Shown: positions 35,101 through 49,454, counted from the stretch's first letter. The stretch: 64,000 nucleotides of DNA from Octopus sinensis (GCF_006345805.1 NW_021833614.1:2133-66132), one strand, 5' to 3'. Notes: generated by a model from the letters alone, not told the origin. Program-made: numbers and translations.

Positions 35101-38100
35101 GGATGGATGGATGATGGATGGATGGGTGGATGGATGGTTGAATGGGTGGATTGATGGATGGATTGATGGAGGATGGGTGGATGGATGGATGGATGGATTG
35201 GTAGGTGGATGGATAGATAGATGGATAGGTGGATGGATGGATGAATTGGGGATGGATGGAATGGATGGTAATGGATGGATGGGTGGCTAGATAGATGGAT
35301 GGATGGATGGATGGATGGGTGGATGGATGGATGGAGGTTGGGTGGGTATGGATGGATGGATGGAAGGATGGAAGGATGGATAATGGTTGAATGGGTTGAT
35401 GGATGTAGATGGATGGTGAATGATGGATGGATGGATGGGTGGATGGATGGTTGAATGGGGGGATTGCAGATGGATGGGGAGGGGTGGATGGATGGTTGGA
35501 TGGATGGATAGGTCAAAGATGTATGGATGGGTGGATGGATGGATGAATTGGTGGATGGATGGATTGATGGGTGGATGGATGGATGGATGAATGGTTGAAT
35601 GGGTGGATGATGGATGGATGGATGAGTGGATGGATGGATGGATGGATGTGTGGTGTGGATGGAATGTGAATGGGTGGATGGATGGAATGGATGGATGCCA
35701 TGGTTGAATGGATGGATGGATGGAAGGATGGATGGAGGGGTGGATGGATGGATGGGTGGATGGATGGATGGGTGGATGGGTGGATGGATGGATGGATGGA
35801 TGGATGAATGGGTGTGTGGATGGATGGATGGATGGATGGTTGAATGGGTGGATGGATGGATGGATGAATGGGTGGATGGATGGATGGATGGGTGGATGGA
35901 TGTATGGAAGGATTGGTGGATGGATGGTTGAATGGGTGAATGGTTGGTTGAATGGGAGGATGGATGGATGGTGGATAGGTGGATGGATGGATAGATGGAT
36001 AGGTGGATGGATGGATGAATTGTTGGATTGATGAATGGATGGATGGGTGGATGGATGGATGGATGAATGGTTGAATGGCTGGATGGATGGATGGATGGAC
36101 GGATGGGTGGATGGATGGATGGAACGATGCGTGGATGGATGGTTGAATGGGTGGATGGATGGATGGATGGATGTTTGAATGGGTGGATGGATGGATAGAT
36201 GGGTGGATGGTTATATGGATGGATGGATGTGTGGGTGGATGGATGGATGGTTGAATAAGTGGATGGATGTATGTTTGAATGGGTGGTTGGATGGATGGAT
36301 GGACGGGTGGATGGATGGATTGGTGGATGGATGGATGGATGGGTGGAAGGACGGATGGGTGGATGGATTGGTGGATGGATGGATGGATTGGTGGATGGAT
36401 GGATGGATTGGTGGACGGATGGATGGATGGGTGAATGGATGGGTGGATGGATGGTTGAATGGGAGGAGGGGGATGAATGGATGGATGGGTGACTGGATGG
36501 ATGGATGGTTTGTGTGGAAGAATGGATAGATGGATGAAAGGTTGAATGGGTGGATGGATGGATGGATGGGTGAATGGATGGATGGATGGATGGGTGGATG
36601 GATGTTTGAATGGGTGGACTGATGGATGGATGGATGGATGTGTGGATGGAAGGATGGATGGATGGATAGGTGGATGGATGGATGGATTGGTGGATGGATG
36701 GATGAATTGGTGGATGAATGGATGGGTGGATGGATGGATGGATGGATGGATGAATGGTTGAATGGGTGGATGGATGGATGGATGAGTGGATGGATGGATG
36801 GTTGGATGGGTGGATGGATGGATGGATGGATGGCTGGATGGTTGAATGGGTGGATGGATGGGAGGATGGATGGATGGATGGATGGGTGGATGGAGGGATG
36901 GATGGATGGATGGATGGATGTATAGGTGGATGGATGGATAGATGTATAGGTGGATGGATGGATGAATTGGTTGATGGATGGATGGATGGATGGGTGGATG
37001 GATGGATGGATGGATGAATGGTTGAATAGGTGGATGGATGGGTGGATGGATGGATGGATGGGTGGATGGATGGATGGATGGGTGGATGGATGGTTGAATG
37101 GGTGGATGGATGGATGCATGGATGGATGGTTGAATGGGTGGATGTAAGGGTGGATGGATGGATGGGTGGATGGATGGATGGATGTATTGATGGATGGGTG
37201 GATGGATGGATGGATGGTTGGATGGATGGATGGATGGATGGGTGGGTGGTGGATGTATGGTTGAATGGGTGGATGGATGGATGGATGGATGGATGGGTGG
37301 ATGGATGGTTAAATGGTTGGATGGATGGATGGCTGGATGGCTGGATGGATGGATGGATGGATGGGTGGATGGATGGATAGATGGGTGGATGGATGGATGG
37401 ATGGGTGGATGGATGTGTGAATGGATGGATGGATAGATGGCTGGATGGTTGAATGGGTGGATGGATGGATGGCTGGATGGATGTATAGGTTGATGGATGG
37501 ATAGATGGATAGGTGGATGGATGCATGAATTGGTGGATGGATGGGTGGATGGATGGGTGGATGGATGGGTGGATGGGTGGAAGGATGGATTGATGGATGG
37601 GTGGATGGATAGTTGAATGGGTGGATGGATGGATAGATGGATGGATGGTTGAATGGTTGGATGGATGGATAGATGGGTAGATGGGTTTATGGATGGATGT
37701 GTGGGTGGATGGATGGATGGTTGAATAAGTGGATGGATGGATATATGGTTGAATGGGTGGATGGATGGATGGATGGAGGAGTGGATGGATGGAGGAGTGG
37801 ATGGATGGATGGGTGAATGGATGGGTGGATGGGTGGATGGATTGGTGGATGGATGGATGGATTGGTGGATGGATGGATGGATTGGTGGATGGATGGGTGA
37901 ATGGATTGATGGATGGATGGATGGATGGGTGGATGGATGTATGGATGGATTGGTTGATGGATGGTTGAATGGGTGAATGGATGGTTGAATGGGAGGATGG
38001 ATGGATGGATGGATGGATAGGTGGATGGATGGATAGATGGATAGGTGGATGGATGGATGAATGGTTGGATGGATGGATAGATGGGTAGATGGGTTTATGG

Positions 38101-41100
38101 ATGGATGTGTGGGTGGATGGATGGATGGTTCAATAAGTGGATGGATGGATCTATGGTTGAATGGGTGGATGGATGGATGGATGGAGGAGTGGATGGATGG
38201 AGGAGTGGATGGATGGATGGGTGAATGGATGGGTGGATGGGTGGATGGATGGATGGATGGATGGATGGATGGATTGGTGGATGGATGGATGGATTGGTGG
38301 ATGGATGGATGGATGGGTGAATGGATTGGTGGATGGATGGATGGATGGGTGGATGTATGGATGGATTGGTTGATTGATGGTTGAATGGGTGAATGGATGG
38401 TTGAATGGGAGGATGGATGGATGGATGGATGGATAGGTGGATGGATAAATTGTTGGATGGATGAATGTATGGATGGGTGAATGGATGGATGGATGAATGG
38501 TTGAATGGTTGGATGGATGGTTGGATGGATGGATGATGTGTGGATGGATGGATGGAACGATGCGTGGATGGATGGTTGAATGGGTGGATGGATGGATGTA
38601 TGTTTGGATGGGTGGATGGATGGATAGATGGGTGGATGGGTATATGGATGGATGGATGTGTGGGTGGATGGATGGATGGTTGAATAAGTGGATGGATGTA
38701 TGGTTGAATGGGTGGTTGGTTGGATGGATGGAGGTGTGGATGGATGTATGGGTGGATGGATGGATGGATGGGTGGAAGGACGGATGGGTGGATGGATTGG
38801 TGGATGGATGGATGGATTGCTGGATGGATGGATGGATATGTCGATGGATGGATGGGTGGATGGATGGATTAGTGGATGGATGGATGGGATGATGGATAGA
38901 TTGGTGGATGGATGGATGGATATGTGGATGGTTGAATGGGTGGATGGATGGTTGAATGGGAGGATGGATGGATGAATGGATGGATGGGTGGATGGATGGA
39001 TGGATAGTTTGTGTGGAAGGATGGATAGATGGATGAAGGGTTGAATGGGTGGACGGATGGATGGATGGGTGAATGGATGGATGGATGGATGGGTGGATGG
39101 ATGGTTGAATGGGTGGACTGATGGATGGATGGATGGATGGATGGGTGGATGGATGGATGGATGGATAGGTGGATGGATGGATGGATGGGTGGATGGATGG
39201 ATGAATTGATGGATGGATGGATGGGTGGATGGATGGATGGATGGATGGATTAATGGTTGAATGGGTGGATGGATGGATTGATGAGTGGATGGATGGATGG
39301 ATGGATGGATGGGTGGATGGATGGTTGAATGGGTGGATGGATGGATGGATGGCTGGATGGTTGAATGGGTGGATGGATGGAAGGATGGATGGATGGATGG
39401 ATGGGTGGATGGATGGATGGATGGATGTATAGGTGGATGGATAGATAGATGGATAGGTGGATGGATGGATGAATTGGTGGATGGATAGTTGGATGGATGG
39501 ATGAATGGTTGAATGGGTGGATGGATGGGTGGATGGATGGATGGATGGGTGGATGGATGGATTGATGGATGGGTGGACTGATGGTTGAATGGGTGGATGG
39601 ATGGATGGATGGATGGTTGAATGGGTGGATATAAGGGTGGATGGATGGATGGGTGGATGGATGGATGGATTGATGGATGGGTGGATGGATGGATGGATAG
39701 GTGGATGGATGGATGGATGGATGGGTGGGTGGGTGGATGTATGGTTGAATGGGTGGATGGATGGATGGATGGATGGTTTTGTGGATGGATGGTTAAATGG
39801 TTGGATGGATGGATGGATGGATGGCTGGATGGATGGATGAATGGATGGATGGATGGATGGATGGATGGTTGAATGGATGGATGGATGGATATGTGGATTG
39901 ATGGATGGGTGGATGGATGGATTAGTGGATGGATGGATGGATTGTTGGATGGATGGATGGATGGATGGATGGTTGAGTGTGTGGATGGATGGGTGGATGG
40001 ATGGATGTGTGGATGGATGGATGGATGGATGGATGGGTGGATGGATGGATGGATGTGTTCATGGATGGATGGATGGATGGATGGATGGATGGATGGATGG
40101 GTGGATGGATGAATGAATAGGTGGATGGATGGATGGTTGAATCTGTGGATGGATGGGTGGATGGATGGGTGGATGTATGTTTGAATAGATGGATGGATGG
40201 TTTGGTGGATGGATAGATGGATGGTTGGATGGGTGGATGGATGGTTGAATGGACGGATGGATGGATGGATGGGTGGACGGATGGGTGGATCTATGGATGG
40301 ATGGTTGGATGGAGGGATGGATGGATGGATGGATGGATGGTTGGATGGATGGGTGAATGTATGGCTGGATGGTTCGGTGGATGGATGGATGGATGGATGG
40401 TTGGATGGATGGATGGATGGATGGTTGAATGGGTCGATGGCTTGATGGATGGATTGATGGTTGGATGGGTGGATGGATGGATGCATGGATGGATGGTTGA
40501 ATGGGTGGATGTAAGGGTGGATGGATGGATGTGTTGATGGATCAATGGATCGGTGGATGGATGGATGGCTGGATGGGTGGATGGATGAATGAATGGGTGG
40601 ATGGATGGTTGATCTGTGGATGGATGGGTGGATGTATGGTTGAATAGATGGATGGATGGTTTGGTGGATGGATGGATGGATGGATGGATGGGTGGATGGA
40701 TGGTTGAATGGACGGATGGATGGATGGACGGATGGGTGGATCTATGGATGGATGGTTAGATGGAGGGATGGATGGATGGATGGATGGATGGATGTGTGGA
40801 TGAATGGGTGAATGTATGGCTGGATGCTTCGGTGGATGGATGGATGGATGGATGGTTGGATGGATGGATGGATGGATTGTTGAATGGGTCGATGGCTTGA
40901 TGGATGTATTGATGGTTGGATGGGTGGATGGATGGATGGAGGGATGGGTGGATGGGTGAATGGGTGGATGGGTGAATGGGTGAATGGGTGGATGGATTGA
41001 TGGATGGATGGGTGGATGGATGGATGGATGAGTTGTTGGTTGAATGGGTGGATGCATGGATGGATGGATGGATGGATGGTTGAAAGATTAGTTAATTGGA

Positions 41101-41909
41101 TGGATGGTTGAATGGGTGAATGGATGGATGGATGGATAGATGGATGGATGGATGATTGAGTGGGTGGATGGATGGATCGATGGATCGATGGATCGATGGA
41201 TAGATCGATGGATGGATGGTTGAATTATTGGATGGAGTGACGGATGAATTGATGGATGGTTGAATGGGTGGATGTAAGGGTGGATGGATGGATGGGTGGA
41301 TGGATGGATGGATTGATTGATGGGTGGATTGATGGATGGATGGGTGGATGGATGGATGGATGGATGGGTGGTTGGTCGATGGATGGTTGAATGGGTGGAT
41401 GGATGGATGGATGGGTGGATGGATGGTTAAATGTTTGGATGGATGGATGGATGGTTGGAAGGATGGTTGGAAGGATGGATGGATGGATGGATGGATGGAT
41501 GGTTGAATGGATGGATGGATGGATGGATGGATGATGGATGGATATATGAATGGATGGATGGGTGGATGGATGGATTGGTGGATGGATGGATGGATGGGTG
41601 GATGGATGGATAGATGGATGGATGGTTGAGTGGGTGGATGGATGGGTGGATGGATGAATGGGTGGATGGATGGATGGATGGATGGGTGGATGGATGGATG
41701 ATTGGGTTGATGGATGGATGGATCGATGGATGGATGGATGGATCGATGGATGGATGGATGGCTGTATGGGTGGTTGGATGGATGAATGGGTGGATGGATG
41801 GATGAATGGATGGTTGAATCTGTGGATGAATGGGTGGATGGATGGTTGAATAGATGGCTGGATGGTTTGGTGGATGGATGGATTGATGGATGGGTGGATG
41901 GATGGTTGA

Positions 41910-41941
<32 letters not shown>

Positions 41942-42086
41942 ACGGATGAGTGGATCTATGGATGGATGGTTGGATGGAGGGATGGATGGATGGATGGATG
42001 AATGGATGGATGGGTGGATGGATGGGTGAATGGATGCCTGGATGGTTCGGTGGATGGATGGATGGATGGATGGTTGGATGGTTGGA
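32176..42086. repeat. About 9.9-kb (GGAT)n/(ATCC)n satellite with higher-order internal duplications
   Basis: Continuous GGAT array with recurrent variants (GGTTGAATGGGTGGAT, AATAAGTGG); a 713-bp block duplication (32508 versus 33221). Confidence 0.98.
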
Positions 42087-42185
42087 AAAAAAGTTGTGTG
42101 TTTCCACGCAGGAAAATATAGAGTTTATTTTTGAAAATGCACCTGAAAACTTGTAATTGGTTTTAAATAAATTTATCTACATACA

Positions 42186-42348
42186 TAGGCGTTGAAGTTG
42201 CTGTATGGTTTGTAGCTTGCTTACGAACCACATGGTTCCGGGTTCAGTCCCGCTTCGTGGCAACTTGGGCAAGTGTCTTCTACTATAGCCTTGGACCGAC
42301 GAATGCCTTGTGAGTGGATTTGGTAGACGGAAACTGAAAGAAGCCCAT

Positions 42349-42399
<51 letters not shown>

Positions 42400-42590
42400 G
42401 TGTGTGTGGTGTGTGTGTGTGTGTTTGTTTGTCCCCCAATATCGCTTGACAACCGATGCTGGTGTGTTTACGTGCCCGTAATCTAGCGGTTTGGCAAAGA
42501 GACCGATAGAATAAGTACTAGGCTTTCAAATAATATGCCCTGGGGTCGATTTGCTCGACTAAACTCTTGCACCAGCAAGTAAAAGAGTAT
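42186..42590 (+). mobile_element. Family A SINE, nested
   Basis: Head and tail motifs as in the other copies. Confidence 0.85.
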
Positions 42591-42646
42591 ACATACAAAA
42601 CTAGTTTCAACAATTTTTTGTTTATCAAAGTTACGAATGTATTGAA

Positions 42647-42882
42647 GGAGGTGAGCTGGCAGACTCGATAGGACGCCGGACGAAATGTTTCGCGGTATTT
42701 CGTCTAACGTTACGTTCTGAGTTCAAATTCCGCCCAGGTCGACTTTGCCTTTCATCCTTTCGGGGCCCATTTAATAAGTTCCAGTTACGCACTGGGGTCG
42801 ATATTATCGACTTAATCTGTTTGTCTGCGCTTGTTTGTCCCCTCTATGTTTATCCCCTTGTAGGTAGTAAAGAAGTAGGTAT
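42647..42882 (+). mobile_element. Family B SINE, nested
   Basis: GAGGTGAGCTGGCAG...CAGGTCGACTTTGCC...GTAAAGAAGTAGGT. Confidence 0.85.
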
Positions 42883-43431
42883 AAACGTATTGGATTTTAA
42901 AACAAAAAATAATTAAGTTGCGATGTATAAAACATGTTTAAATGATTAAATGCCCACAACATTTTTTAAAAGCATCAAAAATGATCGGCGAAGAATATAA
43001 AAAATGTGGATTACCAAAAGTTCGGTCATAATCTGTTAAGAGAGAGAAAGTGAAAGAGAGAAAAGGGAAATTTAAACAAAAGGGGTTTTGTTACAATTTT
43101 TGTCATCTTGGGTGTGATTCTTTCCCCCGTCGTGTACAGGGATTTTCGTCTTTCTTAACTCAGTATGAGCGAACTATTGGAGATCCACATTTTTTATATT
43201 CCTCGCAGATCATTTTTGATATTATTGAATTTGTGAATGTTTAATCATTTAAACATGTTTTCTACATCGCAATTTAAAAATCAGTTGGTTTTTTATTTCG
43301 TATGTTTATACCATTAATAATAAACAAAAGATTGTTGAAACTAGTTTGGTGTGTATTTAAATCAATTTATTTAAAAACAATTACAAGTTTTTCAAATTCA
43401 GGTGCATTTTCAGAAACAAATTCTCTCGCAG

Positions 43432-43740
43432 AGGTTAGAGCGTCGTGATTACGATCGTGAGGTTGTGAGTTCGATTCCCGGACCGGGCTGCGTGTTGTGT
43501 TCTTGAGCAAGACACTATTTCAGGTTGGTCCAGTTAACTCAGTTGTAGAAATGAGTTGCGACATCACTGGTGCCAAGCTGTATCGGCCTTTGCCCTTCCC
43601 TTGTATCATTGGTGTGGAGAGGGGAGGCTGGTATGCATGTGCGATTGCTGGCCTTCCACAAACAACCTTGCCCGGACTTGTGCCTCGGAGGGTAACTTTC
43701 TAGGGGCAATCCCATGGTCATTTATTACCGAACGGGGTCT
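43432..43740 (+). mobile_element. Family C-type tRNA-derived SINE with a CORE-like TTGAGCAAGACAC block
   Basis: GGTTAGAGCGTCG...GTGAGTTCGATTCCCGGACC...GTGTTCTTGAGCAAGACACT. Confidence 0.75.
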
Positions 43741-43890
43741 TATATATATATATATATATATATAGGTATGATGATGCAAATAGGAAAAGTAGAATTCAAA
43801 ATACGAGTATATGTATATTTATATTAATACGTGTGTGTGTGTGTGTTTGTGTTTGAGTATGCATATACATTGATACATATGTATGTTTGC

Positions 43891-43932
<42 letters not shown>

Positions 43933-43986
43933 GTATAGATAAATATATGTACATGTATATATACATATATTTATATATACATATGG

Positions 43987-44182
43987 GAACTGGAACTTGA
44001 AGCACATACAAAGCTATAAATATACAGCATGTAAATACTGGGTGGAAAAAAATCCTTTTACATGAGAAAAATTCGATGTGGGTTCGTGTCTCGTAGGCAG
44101 CCATCGGCTACCAACAAGGTGTTTCAGCCCAATATGTACGTGCTATTATTTATAGCTTTATGTGTACTTCGAAATTCAGTTC
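43987..44182. repeat. Diverged inverted repeat, about 60-bp arms (MITE-like)
   Basis: GAACTGG...AAAGCTATAAATA...CTGGGTGGAAA versus TTTCAGCCCAATA...TATTTATAGCTTT...CAGTTC. Confidence 0.7.
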
Positions 44183-44422
44183 ACAAAACGAAAAAGAAAA
44201 ATTAATTTTTTAACATTCTCTCAAATGTTTATAAAATCTTATAACGTCGGCAATACACATCAACACACAAACACACACACACACTAACATATTCGCGTGT
44301 GTCGTTCGTGTATGGTCGCAGTCCAATGACTGAAACAAGAGATTAAATATTACAGTTTGTATGTATGAGTGCGTGTATCTACATATGTGCGTGTGTATTT
44401 ATGTATGCATGTATATATATAT

Positions 44423-44822
44423 TGTGTGGTAAGTAGCTTGCTAACCAACCACATGGTTCCGGGTTCAGTCCCACTGCGTGGCATCTTGGACAAGTGTCTT
44501 CTGCTATAGCCCCGGGCCGACCAATGCCTTGTGAGTGGATTTGGTAGACGGAAACTGAAAGAAGCCTGTCGTATATATGTATATATATATACATATAAGT
44601 GTGTGTGTATATGTTTGTGTGTCTGTGTTTGTCCCCCTAGCATTGCTTGACAACAATGCTGGTGTGTTTACGTCCCCGTCACTTAGCGGTTCGGCAAAAG
44701 AAACCGATAGAATAAGTACTGGGCTTACAAAGAATAAGTCCCGGGGTCGATTTGCTCGAATAAAGGCGGTGCTCCAGCATGGCCGCAGTCAAATGACTGA
44801 AACAAGTAAAAGAGTAAAAGAG
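44423..44822 (+). mobile_element. Family A SINE (GCATCTTGG / CTGCTATAGCCCCGGG subfamily)
   Basis: Shares diagnostic variants with 51397-51815 and 53422-53830. Confidence 0.9.
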
Positions 44823-45335
44823 ATATATGTATGTATGTTTGTATGTATGTATCTATATATATATATATATCTGTGTGCGTGTGTGTCTGTGTGTGTGCAT
44901 TGACATCTTATTGCTAATTCGTATATATATATATAAATAAAGAAACCACTTGGGGGCGGAGAATTGTAGAAAACGGGGTTTCTAATTTGCCATTTAATAA
45001 TTCTGTAATGAATGTGACGGAACGCTGGCTCTTTTAGTCGCCAGCTTAGTTAGATAGAGGCCAGCCCGCCTTTTGGTTTTTGAAGGCTTCCACTGACTGA
45101 GAGATATTTCATAATTTTTTATTTTCTTCCATCATTTCTTTTATTTTTTGCTTTTGTTTGGGGTAATATTTTAGTGTTTTTGGCTTGTTTTTAGATTATT
45201 TTTGTTTTTCCGTGTGGTGCCCAGGTTTCCGACGGAATTAGCTAAGAAACATTAACTTATCTCAACTTAATCGCATATCACGATACATATATATACATAT
45301 ATAGGCATATGTATATATATTTGTATGTATGCATT

Positions 45336-45370
<35 letters not shown>

Positions 45371-45443
45371 TATATATAATATATAATATATATATACATA
45401 TATAAATATATAGGTACTATATGTATACATACATACAACTACA

Positions 45444-45474
<31 letters not shown>

Positions 45475-46539
45475 GTAGATAGATATGTACATATGTATGT
45501 ATGTATGGATATATATATATATATATTATATATACAATATATATATATATATATGCATATGCACGTGTGCACGCATACATATATATATATATATTTGTAT
45601 GTATGTATGTATGCATGTATGTATACATGCGTACATAAATACAAACAAATATATAGGCATAAATTTACGTTGCTCGGGACATAAATTCACATTAAGTCTT
45701 GATGGAAGATTTTTAGATCACTTTCAAACAGAAAGTTTGCGCCACAGAACCAGGATTTGTCTCATGAGGGTTAGCATTAAAAGGAAATCACTTTTCAGAA
45801 TAAGAATAATTAACTCTAAAATATAACTTTCTTCTAGTAAACACGTCATATATCCGCAGTACAGCATGTGGCTAAATTAAAATAATATATATAATGTTTA
45901 TAAGGTAATTGATGCTTTTATTTTCAAATGGGATATTACTTTTGTAGGTGGTCCGAATATTAGTCACGCACTTTTGTAGGGTTGTAGCCTATAAAAATTT
46001 TGGCTATCATTGCTCCACAGAAGTAATATCTCTCATTTGCAACGCATTCTTGATATATTTCCCAAAAGGACAAAAATAATTTCGAAACTAATCGTTGCCT
46101 CACTTCTGTTAAGACAGGATGAAGAATGGTATAGGGAACGAAGAGCCGAAAGACATCGGCATTAACTGAAGTGCAGATGAATCCAAAAACGAAGTTTCGA
46201 AAGCAAGTGCTAATAATAGAAATAGTGACAATAGGAAATAGTTAGGCACAAGGTCACAAATTCCTTCTTTGCTTTTTTTTTTTTTAGGAGTGTGGGGAGG
46301 TGTTAGCCGATGGCATGAATCCCCCAGTACTTACTTGACTGGTATTCTATTTTGTCGATTCTGAAAAAAAGTGAATGTTAAAATTAATTTCGGCATAATT
46401 TGAACTCCGAACTATAAGACCCAGAACGAATAACGCAAACCATTCTCTACTTCTCCCCCACGTCCTACTGGTTCTGCTAATCTACCGTACTACAGCAGGA
46501 ACATCAACAGCAACATCAACAACACCAATAATAATAATG

Positions 46540-46579
<40 letters not shown>

Positions 46580-46586
46580 TAATAAC

Positions 46587-46630
<44 letters not shown>

Positions 46631-46637
46631 TAATAAC

Positions 46638-46690
<53 letters not shown>

Positions 46691-46859
46691 TAATAACAAT
46701 AATAATAATAATGATAGCACGAGAACGGAGCGAAGTAAACGACGTGATCGTGGAATACCCAGAGCTTCTCTGCCCTAGGTGTACGGAAAACACTCGGCGA
46801 GAAATGGAAGAAAATTTGAAGAAAGAAGGGAAAAAGTAATAATAATAATAATTATAATG

Positions 46860-47820
46860 ATGATGATAATGATAATTTCTTTATTAAGCAATAGGGTTCA
46901 CATCCGAAGCTTTCACGAGAAGTTATAAGAAACGATAATGTGTGTTGAGAAAAGAATGTTTTTTTAATAAGAACGGAAGGGTAAAATGTCTGGAAGGGCT
47001 TTAAAAGAAGTTATGCATACATGTCAACATATGTATGTATAACACAAATATTTACAAGGAAATATGAAAGTGGTACAATAAACCAAATACTAAAAGAAAA
47101 TATAATTTAAAGATATAAAACATGAAAGGTTTCCTAGCTAGCATGAATTAGGCACTCCTTAGACCATATCTCAAACTGTGTTCGAGTGCAACCCAATGCA
47201 CCAGTGAGACTTTCTTTAAGACATCTGATGTTCAAAATCACCAACATCTGGAGTGTATTTGTTTATAATGTGTTAATTTTAATTTTACTATTAATTTATC
47301 TTTTGTATGCTATTTATAATCCGAATTTAGAAGATTTTGTGTCGTTAAAACTTCTCAATTCCGAATTTTGCCCACCAACTTTAATTTTAGAAGAATGACG
47401 AATAATGCTTTATCTTCGACCTCTTCTCCGTCTTCGCAATTTTTTTTATGGAGAGATTTCCTTGTTCTATAGAAGCAACTATTCCTTCTTGTCTGTTTGC
47501 GATATCTTATCTTCAGATTTTTCCCCTTTTTTACTGTTTTTTGTATTTTCATCTGTAATAATTCTCTCTTTGAAACATGATGAAACCACGCTAATACAGA
47601 TTTGCATTGTTAGAGGACAAGGTATTTTCTCGTTTATTCGTGTTACTGGGCCTAAAAATATTTCTATCGCTATCTCCGGAGTTTTAACTAACAGTGCTTT
47701 GGAAATTGGGTTTCGTTTTTCTTTTCATTGCTGTTGTTCTTCCTTATTTTCGTTTTTCTTGTTTTGGCTGAATCTTCAGTTCTCTCAGACGTACTTATCT
47801 CCAACGTATATTACAACTAG
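46860..47820 (-). mobile_element. Possible decayed LINE relic with AATAAA and an (ATT)n tail
   Basis: The minus strand is A-rich with broken K/E-rich frames and ends AATAAAGAAATTATCATT... into an (ATT)n tract; no diagnostic domain recognised. Confidence 0.25.
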
Positions 47821-47929
47821 GCTTTATAGTCTGCACAACAAAAACAACAACAACAACAACAACAAAGCAACAACAACAACAAAACAACAACAACAACAAC
47901 AACAATAATAATAATAATAACAATAATAA

Positions 47930-48337
47930 CGGTTTCAAATTTTGCCACAAGTGCAGCGATTTTGAGGGAGGGAATGTGTCGATTACATCGACTCCCACTG
48001 TCCAACTGGTACTTATTTTATCGACCCGAAAGGATAAAAAGCAAAGTCGACCTCGGCAGGATTTGAACTCAGAACATAGCGGCAAACGAAATACCTATTT
48101 CTTTGCTACCCACAAGGGGCTAAACACAGAGAGGACAAACAAGGACAGACAAACGGATTAAGTCGATTATATCGACCCCCCTCTCCCAGTGCGTAACTGG
48201 TACTTACTTAATCGACCCCGAAATGATGAAAGGCAAAGTCGACCTCGGCGGAATTTGAACGCAGAACGTAACGGCAGACGAAATAACACCTAAGTACTTT
48301 GCCCGGCGTGCTAATGATTCTGCCAGCTCACCGCCTT
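47930..48337 (-). mobile_element. Family B SINE with an internal tandem duplication (two cores, one head)
   Basis: GTCGAC cores at 48046 and 48238 (192 bp apart). Confidence 0.88.
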
Positions 48338-48344
48338 AATTATG

Positions 48345-48347
48345 ATG

Positions 48348-48393
<46 letters not shown>

Positions 48394-48429
48394 GATGAAG
48401 AAGAAGAAGAAGAAGAAGAAGAAGGAGAA

Positions 48430-48461
<32 letters not shown>

Positions 48462-48518
48462 AGAAAAAGAAGAAGAACAAGAACAAGAACAACAACAACA
48501 ACAACAACAACAGCTGCA

Positions 48519-48549
<31 letters not shown>

Positions 48550-48560
48550 CAACAACAATT
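48345..48560. repeat. Compound triplet array TAA-GAA-CAA-CAG-CAA
   Basis: Direct reading. Confidence 0.95.
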
Positions 48561-49266
48561 AATAATAACTAAGAATAAGCGAGTACAAAGATCTCGATTC
48601 AGTTGATAAATATACATGCTTATTCTAAGAAAGAAAAAAACAAAAACAAATTAGTATTCAGAATTTAATACTATAGTAATTACATTGTAATGATCGTAAT
48701 TAAAAGTTCAAATATAAGTAAACCGATGTCGGAGAGTTCAAAGAAATGGCGCCCAAATTTACACCTTACCAAAAGTTGTGCTTTTTAATGAATCTGTTCT
48801 CCACTATTCATTACAGTTATTATAAAGATATTAATATTATAAAGATATAAATCATTGCAGCACGGCAGACATGTTTTATTGCTCTTGTTATTTGTAATTA
48901 ATTCTTTAATTTTAGATTTATATATCCACTTTCTTTTAAGTGAAAAGATAGACACATATAGGCGTAAATATATGCGTATGTGTGTGCCTGTGCGTGCGTA
49001 TTTATCTATTTATATATATGTATAATAATAAAGGGTAAAATTAATTAATCGATAATTAATAATTTTACCAAGTAGTTCGGTATGTTAAAAGAACCATTCT
49101 CGGTAAACTTATACAAAAATTTTATAATTATGAGTATAATTATAATTAGGGTTCAGCAAAATTTGCTTCACCACATACCGAAGTTTAGAAATAGCAGTTA
49201 AACTACTATTCTACTGCCATAAGATATCTCCCAGACAGCAATGCTCTACAATGTCATAATTATAAA

Positions 49267-49414
<148 letters not shown>

Positions 49415-49420
49415 AGTATG

Positions 49421-49452
<32 letters not shown>

Positions 49453-49454
49453 TA

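Larger units (their letters stand above)
42119..43425. mobile_element. Old foldback/MITE-like element with long diverged TIRs; left arm interrupted by two SINEs
   Basis: Left pieces (42119-42180, 42592-42640, 42883-43040) match the reverse complement of 43153-43425, e.g. TGAAAATGCACCTG, AACTAGTTTCAACAA, AAACATGTTTAAATGATTAAA, GAATATAAAAAATGTGGAT. Confidence 0.8.

Noticed and set aside
32165-42107. Very long minus-strand ORFs (571, 817, 968 and 1657 aa of HPSI repeats) and plus-strand MDGW ORFs
   Set aside because: (CCAT)n contains no stop in any frame and the plus strand has almost no TTA/CTA/TCA, so long ORFs are expected from composition alone
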